Part shown: positions 18,331 to 38,274 of the stretch, one piece after another
Layout: every line of letters begins with the position of its first letter
How positions within the stretch are numbered: position 1 is the first letter of the stretch
DNA from: the human T2T-CHM13v2.0 reference genome, Homo sapiens
Length of the DNA stretch: 64,000 bases
Direction: 5' to 3' (one strand)
Assembly (NCBI RefSeq): GCF_009914755.1
Contig: NC_060933.1
Program-made: the position numbers and the translations under genes
Notes under the pieces: model-generated
Told to the model about the DNA's origin: nothing
The model's database searches: none
What the model saw: only the letters and a program-made list of their open reading frames with translations

Positions 18331-18939
18331 TCATCTCTACTAAAAATACAAAAATTAGATGTGGTGGTGCGCACATGTAATCCCAGTTACTCGGGAGGCT
18401 GAGGTGGGAGAATTGCTTGAACCCAGGAGGTGGAAGTTGCGGCCAGCCATTTGTACGACTGCACTCCGCCTGGGTGACAGAGCGAGACTCTGTCTCAAAA
18501 ACAACAAAAACAACAATAGCAACAAAAAGAAATGATAAGTAATCGTGATATAAGCCATTCCCTTTAGTGACCAGGTGTCTTGTGACCATTCCACAGAAGC
18601 AGCTCAAGGTCAGAGGCCAGTCCCTGAAGCAGTGGTGCCCCAGGCTGGCTTTGACACTCAGAGCCCTTTCCAGGGTTTGTGGCCAGCATGGAGGAGGGAC
18701 TCATCATGGTGCTTAGGCCAAATGTGGAACATTGTGACAATCTGCAGGCAAGCACAGTAGTGGAAAGATGCAGACAGCATGTATTTGGAAAAGGTTGCAG
18801 TATTTATCCAGGAAAACATTTATGATCTACAAAGAAATAAATATATGTCTTGGCAAGTCAAGTATCAAAGGCCTACAAAGGGTCCTCAAAGACCTCTTCG
18901 TTTGTTGAGTGTTTTTTTGTTTTGTTTTGTTTTGATTTT

Positions 18940-19080
18940 CTATTTCCTTCCTTCCTTCCTTCTTTCCTTCCTTCCTTCCTTTTCTTTTCTTTTCCTTCCC
19001 TCCCTCCCTCCCTCGCTCGTTCCCTTCCTTCCTTCCTTCCTTCTCTCTTTCTTTCCTTCAATCTTTCTTCTTTCTTTTCT
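18940..19080. repeat. (TTCC)n/CT-rich low-complexity tract, an expanded Alu tail
   Basis: Direct reading; abuts an Alu at ~19075. Confidence 0.9.
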
Positions 19081-19548
19081 GAGACAGGGTCTCACTCTGT
19101 CTCCCAGTCTGGAGTGCAGTGATGTAATCATGACTCGCTGCAGGCTTCGCCTCCTAGCCTCCAGCAATTCTCCTACCTCAGGCTCCTGAGTAGCTGGAAC
19201 CACAGGCATGCACCACCGTGCCCAGATAAATTTTTTATCTGCAAAGATGTGGTCTTGCTATGTCGTGCAGGCTAGTCTCGAACTCCTGGGCTCAAACTAT
19301 CCTCCCTTCTCAGCCTCCCGAAGTACTGGGATTACAGGAGTGAGCCACCATGCCTGACCTACCATGTACATTGTAGAATTAGTTTATTGAAATTGAAAAA
19401 AACCCACAAAACCTCAACATTTTATAGGTATTCTATAAACCTTCTAGATTATTTTGGGGGTGAACTGATATCTTTACAATGTTAAGTTATCCCTTCTATG
19501 GACATGGTCTATTTCTCCATTTACTCTTTTTCTTTTTTTTTTTTTTGA

Positions 19549-19857
<309 letters not shown>

Positions 19858-19952
19858 TAGACTTTCAAAATTGACTCCATTAATATCATGTGCTTTTTGG
19901 GATGAGTTAATTCCTACCTGCTTTATAATTTTATACAGTTGTAAATTTGTGA

Positions 19953-20207
<255 letters not shown>

Positions 20208-20979
20208 TGACCTCATGATCTGCCAGCCTCGACCTCCCAAAGTGCTGGGATTACAGGCATGAGCCACCGCGCCCGGCCCCACACTAGTGATTTTTATGAG
20301 TTAATATTATTCCTGGAAACCTTTATAAACTCTTGTAATTTTTTTTTTTTTTTGAGACAGGGTCTCACTCTGTTGCCCAGGCTAGAATGCAGTGGCACAA
20401 TCATGCAGCCTCGACCTCTTGGGCTCAGGTGATCCTCCCACCTCACCCTCCCAGGTAGCTGGGACTACAGGTGTGCACCACCACGCCTGTCCAATTTTAT
20501 GTAAAGATGGCGTTTCTTCATGTTGCCCAGGCTAGTCTCAAACTCCTGGGCTCAAGCGATTTGCCCACCTCAGCCTCCCAAAGTGCTGGGATTACAGGCA
20601 TGAGCTGTGATTTGGCCTTACCTCTTCTAATAGTTTTAATAGATTACATGTTGTTCTGTTGAGATTTATATGTGAACTATCACATCATCTGCAAAGAATG
20701 ACAGTTTTCTCTTTTTTTATTCCAATACTCATTTGGATGGCAATTTTAATTTCTTAATGTCTTGTAACATTGGGTAACACCCCCGGTACTATATTGAAAA
20801 ATAGCGCTAACAACAGGCATAATTGTTTTGCTTCCAGTCTGAAGGAGAGTCATCTGACATTTCTGAATTACATATTTTTTTTGCTGTGTTTTTAAAAAAT
20901 GTAATGTTTATCAAGGTGAGGACATTTCTTATTTTTTATATTCTGAGAGTGTATTAATTTAAATCATAAATGGGCATGG

Positions 20980-23400
20980 AGGAAACACATTAAGAGAAAC
21001 ACCTGCCACTCAGGAACTAGGGAATCTGACCTAGGAGAGAATCACAGGGGATTCCTGGGATGATGGCAAGGGAGGACCTGGAGGGGATGGGGTGGTAATG
21101 CGGTGCTGGCCTGCGGCACTGCTGACGGTGTAGGTTAGTGACATACGGATGGCGTGGCCTCGGCTGTATTTCCTCCACCTGGCCTCACTTCATTCTCAAC
21201 TACTTTCAAAGCCTTATTTCTCTGGCCTTCCCATTGGCTTTAGTAGCTCCCCAATAGCCAGCCCTCCAATATCTTCAATAAATTTCCTTAGGATGGCCAG
21301 GAACATTTTCTATTAACTGCACCAAAAACTTAGGTAATACAGAAAGTGAGTTACAGAAAGCAAACTGTTAAAGAAATGTGGGTTGTGTGGGCTTAGCAGT
21401 CTGACCTAGTAGTCACAAAAGGTCATGAAAATCCACTTAGTATTTAGGGACACAATGCTGATATGGCATAGGACAGCTTGAGGAAAAACAAAAAGAAACC
21501 TAAAAGTCTTACATTCTGAAATTGAGGCACAAAGTGTAACCCAGGGTCCTTTTGAAATGATAAAGTTCAGTCCTGCAGGTTGCTGAATTGTAAAGTCCAT
21601 TGAGTTTACAGAATCTCAATATCACTTAGGTGAAAGTTAGAGCATTGCTCAAAACTCTAAGAATTAGATTAGGGATCTAGAAGAGAAGCCGAAGCATCTA
21701 GACTACTCTCAACCCCGCCTCCCCTTGCCCCCAGGTCCTCCTTACCAGCCCACATCCTGCCCTCATAATATAACCAGAATGACTTTCCTGGCATAAAGAC
21801 CCTGAAGGCCTCTTGCTCAAGCAAGTTCCATTGCATGGAGAAATGGCTCCTCACTCACCAGTCCTTGCATGTTACCCTGACGATCTCTGAATTATCTTTG
21901 ATTAGACTCAGATCTTCACATGTCTAGGGAATCAACTGCAAAGTCAAATCCTGGAATAGGCCAGCCTGGGCAACAAAGTGAGACCCCTGCATCAAAAAAA
22001 AAAAAAAAAAAAATCATTACAATAGAAAACTCTTGATAGCTTCCCTCACCATTGGCAAAAAAGCCAAAAGCAATAGCAAATCCATGAGGGAAATTCAGAG
22101 GATGTTGGCTGTTTGTGACCAAAGATGCATGGATGTTGATTCCTGTCATAGTCCTATTTAACCTCCAGTTTGACCAGCATGAAAAGTGGATGGATGGTAG
22201 ATAATGACAGTGGATTATGACTCACCAATAATTACAGTTGCTTTTCCAGATGTGAGCTTTTTTGTTTTTTTTGAAACAGAGTCTCACTCTGTCACCCAGG
22301 CTGGAGTGAAATGGCGCAATCTCGGCTCACTGCAACCTCCGCCTCCCAGGTTCAAGCAATTCTCCTGTCTCAGCCTCCCTAGTAGCTGAGGTTACAGGCG
22401 TGTGCCATCACACCTGGCTAATTTTTTGTATTTTAGTAAAGATGGGGCTTCACCATGTTGCCCAGGCTGGTCTCGAATTCCTGAGCTCAAGCAATCCACC
22501 CACCTTGGCTTCTCAAAGTGCTAGGATTACAGGCATGAGCCACCGCGCCCGGCCCCAGAAGTGAGCTTTGTAGTGGAGCAAATCGAAACACACTCAGGCA
22601 TATAGAATGCAGCTACAGATAAGGAAATTTTTTTTCTTAATCCCAAATTAACAGAAAACAACTGAGAGAGTTTTTTTGACCAAGAAGCACATCTTCTGTG
22701 TCTTGCCTCGAGGGTTTCAGTGGTCTGGCTCTCCGCAGCCATCTGCAGTGCACATTCCACAGGACACCATCTGAGACCTGCACCATCCCGCCCTTGAACA
22801 TCCTTGCAAGTAAGGTTATATGACATAAATGAGAATGGTCCCACACTTTGAGAACAGTTTGGGTTTGGCTTACACACACTCAAGTCTCTGCCATGCCCCA
22901 CCATGAATGGAGCTGTCAAGAATCTGGTGGATGAGACGATCCACATGACGAAATGAGTCAGCTGCTAACCCAGTGCTTGCTTACTGGACTCATGGATAAG
23001 ATGGCAAGGAAGGCACTGCCCACTGGGGGTGTTAGCCGTGATTAATTCTGCGACAAGTAGCAGAAGGATATACATGGATGTGGGGCAGGCAGCGGTGACT
23101 GTAGAGTACATTTTTGTGGCTACCTAGTAGAAACACTCATCCTGTGCTGGATAATTCCCTGATTTCGGAATAACTGGCCCTTTCCTCCCAGTATGGCACG
23201 GAGTGGGCCAGATGCCTGCTGTCCACACTCCCTGCACCATGGCCTGTGGTGTGTCCTCCTGGGACTTGAATCTTGAGGGAGTGATGGAAAGATGGGGACG
23301 GTAACATTGTTCATTTGTGGTGGCAGCAGCCAGGCCAAGGGTCCAGGGCCTGTGTGCCCAACGGTCTCCAACTGACCCCTGCAGTGTAAGCATGACTGCC
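20980..23400 (+). mobile_element. Ancient ERVL-class element (LTR16/HERV16-like): LTR ~20980-21341 plus internal gag/pol remnants
   Basis: LTR ends ...GGTAATACA; RT remnant around 22140-22640 (SPI/FN...W..MTVDY...[12 protein letters not shown]...AATD) resembles ERVL RT. Confidence 0.6.
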
Positions 23401-23807
23401 TGGCCCTTCTTCCTTCCCTACTTCTTCTTTTTTTTTTTTTTTTCTTGAGACAGAGTTTCGCTCTTGTTGCCCAGACTGGAGTGCAATGGCGTATCTCAGC
23501 TCACCGCAACCTCCGCTTCCTGGGTTCAAGTGATTCTCCTGCCTCAGCCTCCCGAGTAGCTGGGATTACAGGCATGCACCACCATGCTCAGCTAATTTTT
23601 GTATTTTCAGTAGAGACGGGGTTTCTCCATGTTGGTCAGGCTAGTCTCGAACACCCAACCTCAGGTGATCCATCTGCCTTGGCCTCCCAAAGTGCTGGAA
23701 TGACAGGCGTGAGCCACTGTGCCTGGCCCCTTCCCTACTCCTTAAACTGGGGAGAGGTGGTGGGAATGACTCACCCTAGGTGAAGGCAATAAGAGGATAC
23801 ATTCTCA

Positions 23808-24164
<357 letters not shown>

Positions 24165-24721
24165 TCAAAAAACAAAACCTCTCTTTATGATCAAGCCAAC
24201 CAGTTGTTTTCTGAGGTATGCAAAAAAGAACCCTCTCTAACACATTCTCCAACCCAATACTGTGCATTTTTCTGTCTTCAGAGTGATCATTTAGGTATGA
24301 ATTTTTATGAAGAAACTTTTGTTTGATCTACAGAAATTCCTTACATTTGACTTGTTTCATTTTCTTCTATTAAATTGCAGAAAATTAAATTTGACAGCTT
24401 TATTTAAAAATTGCATACATAATATCATCTGATTTTTGTGAAAATTTTTCTATTCTTCTGTCTGTGTTTAGGGATGCATTGAGTGTTGTTCGCTGGGTGC
24501 TACCTAATACTGTTGTTGGCTGATGGGAGTTAGGATGATAGTTTATGTTCTTTGTGTTTTTTTCTGTTATCACCTATATTTTTTAAAATTAATAATCATC
24601 TATTATTTGAAATAATAATGTTAAAAAAGCATATTCTTAAAAATTTAATAATGTGAAAGAAAGTAGATTACAAAACTGCAGGCCGGGCACAGTGGCTCAT
24701 ACCTGTAATTTCAGCACTTTA

Positions 24722-24964
<243 letters not shown>

Positions 24965-25053
24965 TCAAAACAAGACAAAACCCTGTATATTATGCTGCTG
25001 TGCAATTATATAAAGAAAAATGATTGGGAATAATTGCATTTAAATGTTTCTAG

Positions 25054-25413
<360 letters not shown>

Positions 25414-25469
25414 TAAAATAGCTTTTATAAATTCTAAGTTTAAAAAAGTTAATATATGTATTACTCCTT

Positions 25470-25925
25470 TGTATTAGGTCAGGGTTTTCCAGAGAAATGG
25501 AACCAATAGGATCTGTGTATATATATATATAGAAAAAGATTTATTATAAAAAAAAATTGGTTCATACAATTGTGGAGGCTGAGAAGTCCCAAGATCTGCA
25601 TCAGCAAAAGCTGGAGACCCAGGAGAGGTGGTGGTATCTATAGTCTAAATCCAAAGGCAGGAGAAGACTGATGCCCCAGCTGAAAGGCAGTCAGGCAGAG
25701 AGAGCACATTCAACCTTCATCCACCTTTTTGTTTGACTGAGGCACTCAACAGATTGATTTGATGATCCCACATTGGGAAGGGGCAACTGTTTCCCTCTCT
25801 CCACCAATGCAAATGCTAATCTTATCTGAAAACACCCTCACAAGACACACCCAGAATAATGTTTAACCAAATATCTGGGTACCCCATGGCCCAGGCAAGT
25901 TGACAAATAAAATTAACCATCACAC
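25470..25925 (-). mobile_element. MLT2B-type LTR
   Basis: TGTATTAGGTCAGGGTTTTCCAGAGAAATGGAACCAATAGGA...AAATTAACCATCACA. Confidence 0.85.
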
Positions 25926-27366
25926 TCATTATAATGAAAAAAAAGTCACTGAAAACACACAGAGTGATCTTTCAAAAGAAGCATTTGGACAAGTTGAGTG
26001 GCTGTTTATTTGAAAATTTTTACCAAGTGTTGGGGGAGGGAACCACACGTTGAGACCTTTCTCAAGACATCAGTAAATATTCTAGATAACCTCACATCTT
26101 TGTGTTTGTGGAGGGTATTCAGTATCAGAAGTGGCGAGGTAGAGAGTCCTGGGATCCAAGCAACCTCTGTTTTGATTTTAATAGCTTCTGTTCTTGGAGT
26201 TCCCAGGGTCAGCCTGCTATGGCACTGGGTACTTTTTTAGATGTGTGGAGGGGGTATGACTCCTGTCTCCAGATGAAGAAACAAAAGGTCCAACACAAAT
26301 AAAGACAGAAGATTTAAACCCAAGTTTGAGTCAGCATTTGAAAGGAAAATAAAGAATGGTTGCTGAGGTGGTTGAGAACTTGTTTCCTGGGTCTGAAGCT
26401 CCATCTCCTGTCTCTCTTGGATGCTGGACAAGAGCTGGTGGAATTTTTTCTTTCTAATCAGGGCATTTTTATTGCAACACACACATGTATAAAATTGCAA
26501 TGTATTTTATATATCCTTCAATGGGCTTGAAATATTAATTTCCCAGCTATTTTACATAAAATTGATCATAGGAGCTCAGAGATTGGAAAACAAGGAGTAA
26601 TGAGTGAAACAGTGAATTATATACCCCAGGGCTGCTGTCTACCTCCACTTCCAGGGCAGGTGGAGAACAGTCACTGTGGCGGGGAAGTATGTCTTTGTCA
26701 AAATTCACACTGTCCCATGTCTCCTAAATAAAAATCATCTATTAAATCTTGCAACATAGCCGTTTGCTTTCAAACAGGGAGTCTTGGGGATTTCCCATAC
26801 TTAGAATTAAATTAAAACAATCTATTCTATCCCGCCAGATGTTCTGCTTTTGTGTCTGGACTATGTGAAATTGTGAGGAGAAGCAGCATTTCTGCCAAGT
26901 GCCAACACGTTTTAAACACTGAAGCAAGATAGGCTCTAATTTGCCTTAAGACTCAGTATTTTTTATTCAGCAGGTAAGTTTTTAGATTCTTAGACTAATG
27001 ACAAAGAACACATCCCAATTCTTAGCCTTCTTTTTACCACTGGCTACACTAATACGATTTTAAGCACATTTTAACTTGTAGCTGGTAAGGTATCCTCCTA
27101 GTCCACACACCTGGGGTTTTAGCACATTTAATTTCTTCTACAACTTCCCTCCTAGACATGGCCCACTATCTTCCTCATGGCAAAACTTGTTTATGACAAA
27201 TCTTTTATGACACTGAGTACCACTGCTTATGACACTCAGAATTCATGGTTTTGAGATTCAGAAGTCTTTTCTTCCAAACTATTATTTCTGCTGAGACCTT
27301 CAAAGTCCATTTTAAGACTCAATGTACTATCTCCATAGATTTCTCCCACCCCCTCCTCTAGGGCAG

Positions 27367-27941
27367 TGTTCTGTGTGGGAAATGCATGAGGGGAAAAGAA
27401 AAGGCACAGACAATACTTTTAAGGGTAAACAGCCTTTATCCCAAGTATATCGCAATACACGTATAATAAGCAAATGATATAATAAGCAAATTGCAATGGG
27501 AAGGGGAGACGGGAAAAGATATATATGTATATATATATTTACACTCACCAGACTATGGAGGATTCATCACCAGACCAGGAAGCAACAGCCTGGGCTCCAG
27601 AGTCGGCCACCAGTCTGTGCACAGACGAGGAGAGGTCTCATGGGTCTTTGGTGCGGTCTGGGACCCTAGCTCTTTTTGTAACAAGTTGTTTGGCATGAGG
27701 CCCAGTCATGAGGGCCCTTTGTGACTGGGCTCAAGGAACACAAAAAGGTCAACTTGTTTTTGCGATTGTCTGTTGTTTTTCAGTAAGTAACACATAGGAA
27801 TAGTTTGAAATAGAGATTTCTCCGAAACAGGGCAGGATAAATGCCTCAAGGGACTCACACAACCTGTTCCCGGACTTGGTGACCATTGTTTGTGTCCACA
27901 TTCAATTGAGTTCAAATTTAATATTTAACTTTTCCTCCACA
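27367..27941 (-). mobile_element. Solo LTR, ERVL class (subfamily uncertain)
   Basis: TG...CA ends with perfect 5-bp TSD GGCAG at 27362-27366 and 27942-27946. Confidence 0.85.
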
Positions 27942-28171
27942 GGCAGGAAGTGAGGATGTCAGCCAGGAAAAAAGGAATGACTGGATATGAAAAACATACT
28001 GGCCAATGTCAAACTAGACCAAAGCATTCTTTGAGTTTTGCCAACTTCATGAGTTTTGAGTTTTGAGTTTACTAAAACTCATGAGAATGACTTTACTCAA
28101 TTTCAGTACTAGCAAAGGACTCCAGGTATCAGAGGTGAGAGAAATGAAATATGAAGTGAGACTATATGTAA

Positions 28172-28309
<138 letters not shown>

Positions 28310-29264
28310 TGAGTAGCTGGGACTACAGATGCCTGCCACCATGCCCAGCTAATTTTTGTATTTTTAGTAGAGATGGGGTTTCACCACGTTGGCCAGGCAG
28401 GTCTTGAACTCCTGACCTCGTGATCCACCTGCCTTGGCCTCCCAAAGTGCTGGGATTACAGGTGTTAGCCACCACGCCTGGCAGAAAATTCTTTAGTTCA
28501 GCATCAAAGCAGGAATTATTACAGCATTTATGGATATTTAGTTTTATTTGATACACTTGGATGCAACTTTACTCATTACCATTTTTAAACCCATGTTTGA
28601 AAGTTTTAAAATTTGGGTAGAGGCAGAAAGAGGAGGTTGAGTTGGAGATGCTGGGGGTAGTCAGCAGCTCAGTCATCGGTGCTTGTGGGCTTTGTTTGAT
28701 CCAGGCCTTGACTCTCTCTGGAATGGGAGGCTTCGACGTCAAGAGGGAGCTGCTGCCACCCGTAGTTCTGAGCTTGAAGTTGCTAGGACTTCTTTCAAAC
28801 TTGTGTGCTGAAGAGACTCAGATGTTGGTCTCAGCTCCTAGGCTGAATTCAGCAGATCGGCCCATGAAAAATCCTATATTGAGACAAAGCAAAGGATCTG
28901 TCAGAAAGCAACACCTATTGTCCTGGGCTTGACACCAAGGAAGAGGACAGGTAGTGGAAATCCTGCAATCTGAAAAGCAGACAGAAAGGTGACAAAGCAG
29001 CTGAAGATAGGTGGTGGAGAGAGGAATAACAACCCAGCTCCTCCATCTAGAAAGGAGAGTAAGAACTACCAGTAGCTTAATAGAAGACCAAGGATCAGAA
29101 TTCCCCGATGAAGACTGTTTGTAAGAAGAAAGAGGACAGGGTTATAACTCATCAGCAACTGCCTGGCAAGCCATGCAAGATAAGGGGACTAACAAAACTT
29201 TTCCAAATAATCAAATTGGAGCTCTAGTTTGTCAAGTCCCAGCTTACTCTAAGATCTAAAGTTA

Positions 29265-29548
<284 letters not shown>

Positions 29549-29662
29549 TCACAAAAAAAAAAAAAACCAAAAATCTGAAGCTAACCAGAATGATGCCAGA
29601 GCCAAATGCAGTGAGCTGCCATCACCAAGTATTCTTCCCTAACCACCAAACCACTGGGTTCC

Positions 29663-30057
29663 TGATATGGTTTGGATCTGTGTCCCCACCCAAATATCAT
29701 GTAGAATTGTAAACACCAATGTTGGAGGTGGGACCTGCTGGGAGGTGATTGGATCATGGGGGCGGATTTCCTTCTTGGTGCTGTTCTTGTGATAGCGAGT
29801 GAGTTCTCATGAGATATGGTTGTTTAAAAGTGTGTGGCATCTCCTCGCCTTCCTCCTGCTCCTGTCATGTGAAGTGCTTGCTCTCCCTTTGCCTTCCAAC
29901 ATGATTGTAAGTTCCCTCCCCAGAGGCCTTCCCAGAAGCTGATGCCACCATGCTTCCCATACAGCCTGCGGAACTGTGAGCCAATTAAACCTCTTTTCTT
30001 TATAAATTACCCAGTCTCAGGTATTTCTTTATGGCAATACAAAAATGGACTAATATA
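29663..30057 (+). mobile_element. MSTA/MSTB LTR inside the PNRC2 pseudo-CDS
   Basis: TGATATGGTTTGGATCTGTGTCCCCACCCAAAT...GGACTAATATA. Confidence 0.9.
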
Positions 30058-30116
30058 CTTCCTATTGCCTTTAATCCTTTAGATAAGAAAATAAAGACAT
30101 TTGAACGTAAAATCTA

Positions 30117-30410
<294 letters not shown>

Positions 30411-31502
30411 TCAGAGTGAGATCCTGTCTCAAAAAAACAAAAAGTGCAGATATAAAATAAGATAAAGTACTTATGTTTAAATTTAATTATGTTTACAGAT
30501 AGTTGTCAATTGGTCTGAAACAAATTCACCAGGGAATTAATCTATTTGCATAGAACTGCTAATTAATGTAAAAAATATGCCCGGGTGTGGTGGCTCATGC
30601 CTGTAATCCCAGCACTTTGGGAGGCCGAGGGAGGCAGATCACTTGAGGTCAGGAGTTTGAGACCAGCCTGGCCAACATGGTGAAACCCCGTCTCTACTAA
30701 AAACACAAAAATTAGCTGGGCATGGTGGCATGTACCTGTAATCCCAGCCACTTGGGAGGCTGAGGCAGGAGAATCACTTGAACCTAGGAGGTGGACATTC
30801 CAGTGAGCTGAGATCATGCCACTTCACTCCAGCCTGGATGGTAGAGCAAGACTTCATCTCAAAAAACAAACAAACAAACAAACAAACAAACAAACAAAAA
30901 TATATATATATATGTACACACACACATAATTAGACTTCATCTCATCTGCTTTATGTGTTGCTTTATGTGTTGGGTGCACTGTGATGTAATGGTAGCATCA
31001 GTACAACTTAAAGTAACTAAATTAATAATTGTACTTGATATTAAATGTTCTCAACTGAGTAACTTTTAAGTGAAACCATTCATGTTTAGACCTAGGGAGT
31101 GGTAAAAGAACCAACTTTTTCTATTGTTGGGTTGAGGAAAATAGTAATATAAGATTATCAGTCATGGACAGTAAATTGCTGAAAGTTGCTGAATCAGATT
31201 ATAAGCATCTAGCTAAGAATATAAAGATTGAGAAGTAGGTAAACATCTAAATGTTCAGTATACTAGAAATACCCAAGACGGTAATATGCCAACAACTTGA
31301 TGTACTGTAAAATAAAAAGATGAAGTTTTCCTAATAGTTGCATTTTAGTAAACTGTACAGTGATGAAGGTGGAAAGGCCACTTGGGGCTCATTAGAATGA
31401 GGCACAGTATACCCCAATAGCTCTCTTTCTTAAATGCAGTGGATAGGTGTCTGCCAACAAATACACCAAAACCATTTTTACAGAAACATTATTTAATAGT
31501 GA

Positions 31503-31940
<438 letters not shown>

Positions 31941-32606
31941 TGAAAATTTTAAGTAACTAGGGAAGAAAGAGCCATGTAAATACATGTAATAAACTTGTAG
32001 CATATGTAAAGTTTTCTTGGCCTTTATCCTACAAGAATGAGATATTTTAGTATGAATTTGCTGAATGTAAGAGCGTGGACTTGTTTTTTATACTATGGCC
32101 TACTTTTAAAGGTCCAAAACAAATTTTTAAAAAGTTTGCCCTTGTGCTAAAGTGCCAGTGTCTGTATATTATACTTGATTTGGTTGTAAACTATATTTCC
32201 AAGTAAATCCTAGTGTAATAAGTTTTAGAGGTAAAAAGGCTTCAGCTGCTAAAACACTATTTGTAGGAGATGTGAAATGTAGTATAGGACAATTTTTTTT
32301 CCTTCTCTAAGCCCAAAGATGTACCACTAACGGGTCCCTCCAACCTTAAAGGTTCCCTTTGGCTTTCACCAAGTCTTACAACCTATGATACAAAGATAGT
32401 TTAGAGTATGGTGCCAGCAGTGTTTGTTTTTCATTTGGTCAAGAATAAGCGCAACCCAGGGCACCACTTATGCAAAAGATGTAAACTCCTGCATAATACC
32501 TTGATAGGATGTTTCAACAACCTTAAGGGTAAATGCTATATATAAGTTAACCCAATAGCAGGTTAAAAGAAAAACGTATGTGGGTAAATCTAAAAATTCT
32601 GATTGT

Positions 32607-36315
<3,709 letters not shown>

Positions 36316-36799
36316 AAATTCTGATTGTTAATGCCCTATTTTCTCATTTGGCACATTTTTTGATGTTTATAAGCAGACAGCTAAGTTGTATTTCTCCAAA
36401 TAAATTAAGATGAAATAATATTGCCCAAGTTAAATACTGATATCCTAAAGACAAGTTTACATAGCACTTAATGTACGTAATATAAATTTGAAGCATAAAA
36501 TTAGAAAAATAAAATTTTCTCCCCTCCTTTCAAAAAAGTTTTAAAATTTAATTGTACCAAGACCTTTAGCAGCAGATTCAGTAATAAAAGTCATGAAGAT
36601 TTAGGAAGATATTTAAAATATTGAAATGTAATTTAATCTGTATTAACTCATTTCCTAAATATAAAAGCATCTCAGATAATCAAATTGTAATATTTATTCA
36701 AGAAAAGAAAGACTATGTCACTGATCACTGTAAATATGTGGGGATTTTTTGTAATTTTACCTTGAGGCTAGTTTTCTTTTGATTTTACAGGTCTCTTAA

Positions 36800-36932
36800 A
36801 ACATACATACACACATACACATGGACACAGACAAGCACACACAAACACTTGCACATTTGCACACACTTGCACATTCATGTGACATGTGCACACATACGGA
36901 CATGCGCAGACATGCACGTGTGTGCACATGCC
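36800..36932. repeat. Degenerate (CA/CATG) alternating purine-pyrimidine tract
   Basis: Direct reading of the sequence. Confidence 0.8.
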
Positions 36933-38274
36933 GGGCAGTGTGAAGGTGATAGATTATTTCAACAACTCTTCTATCAAGACAATACCAACTGTTATGCCAA
37001 TCCAGGAATTCATGGGACAATTTTTAAAGGCAAAATTTAGGCTGGCATGGTGGCTCATGCCTGTGGTCCCAACACTTTAGGAGCTGAAGTGGGAGGACTG
37101 CTTGAGGCCAGGAGTTTGAGACCAGCCTGGGCAACACAGCGCGACCTCTTCTCTATAAAAAAATCAGCTGGGTGTGCTGGCACCCACCTGTAGTCACAGT
37201 TACTCAGGAGGCTGAGACGTGAGGATCGCTTGAGCCCAGGAGGTAGAGAGGCTGTAGTGTGCTATGATCACACCATTCCACTCCAGCCTGGGTGACAGAG
37301 AGAGATCCTATCTCAAAAAAAATTTTTTTTAACAATAAGCATTTTTAGATTTTTGGGGAGTTCCTTTCAAAATTCAAAATTTTAAGTAATAATACACTTA
37401 TCGAGCTTCTGTATTTATCAACCTCGATTTCTTTTGCAGTGGCTTTCCATTATAAAAGAGGAAGGTTTAGCTGATTAAGGCTACTTGTCTTCTTCCTCCT
37501 ACTTTGCTGTGCTTATTATTATACTTAGTTTTCCTATAGGTTAACTAGATTTAAGCAATATGCTTGAACTTGAATTTCTTGTTCTGTAAACTTAGACTGT
37601 ATTAACTGCCACACCACGATGTGAATGAGGCTCTTAGCCCCCCTACCCTACCCTCTTTCCCCCCTGCCTCTGTATCTTATCTTCTTCCAGTTAGACACGT
37701 ATTTATTTTTTTACTGATAGACTTTTTCTTCATTTTTAACAGCTGGTATTTTTAACATGCTACATATTTCACCCATTGTCAGTAAATCTGTAGAGTTGTG
37801 TAACCATCACTGCAATATAGTTTTAGAATATTTCCATCAGTTCAGTATACTTTTATTTCTCTATTGCCAAAGTAAATATCATTTAATCCAGTCCTCTAAC
37901 CATATTTGAGTTTTCTGGGTTTCATCTATAAATTGATTGAATACGTAACACCAGAGTCTTATTAATACATTGTCTTGAAACATGTCCAGGGTAAAACTAA
38001 AGGCACAGAATTAATCAGAAAGCATTCCATTGAAAGTACCAATCAATAGAGTGAAATTAGACTTCAACAGCTGCAGCCTGTTACCGCCTAAGGATAGGTT
38101 GTATGAGGACTCAGGAGGACCTGTTGTTGAGGTTAGGATGAAATGTTTGTCTAAATTCCCTTGAGAACACCACGCTGTCCTGGGATAGAAAGCCAGGCTC
38201 TGCTCATTGCCCACTCCCCGCCTTCCCTCCCACCTCCCGCCCTTCTGATCCCATTAATTGCTCTTTTTGGCAGG

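Noticed and set aside
38060-38100. LRR-like motif LSLGGNRLQLL
   Set aside because: A single occurrence with no tandem repeats is not enough to call an LRR protein
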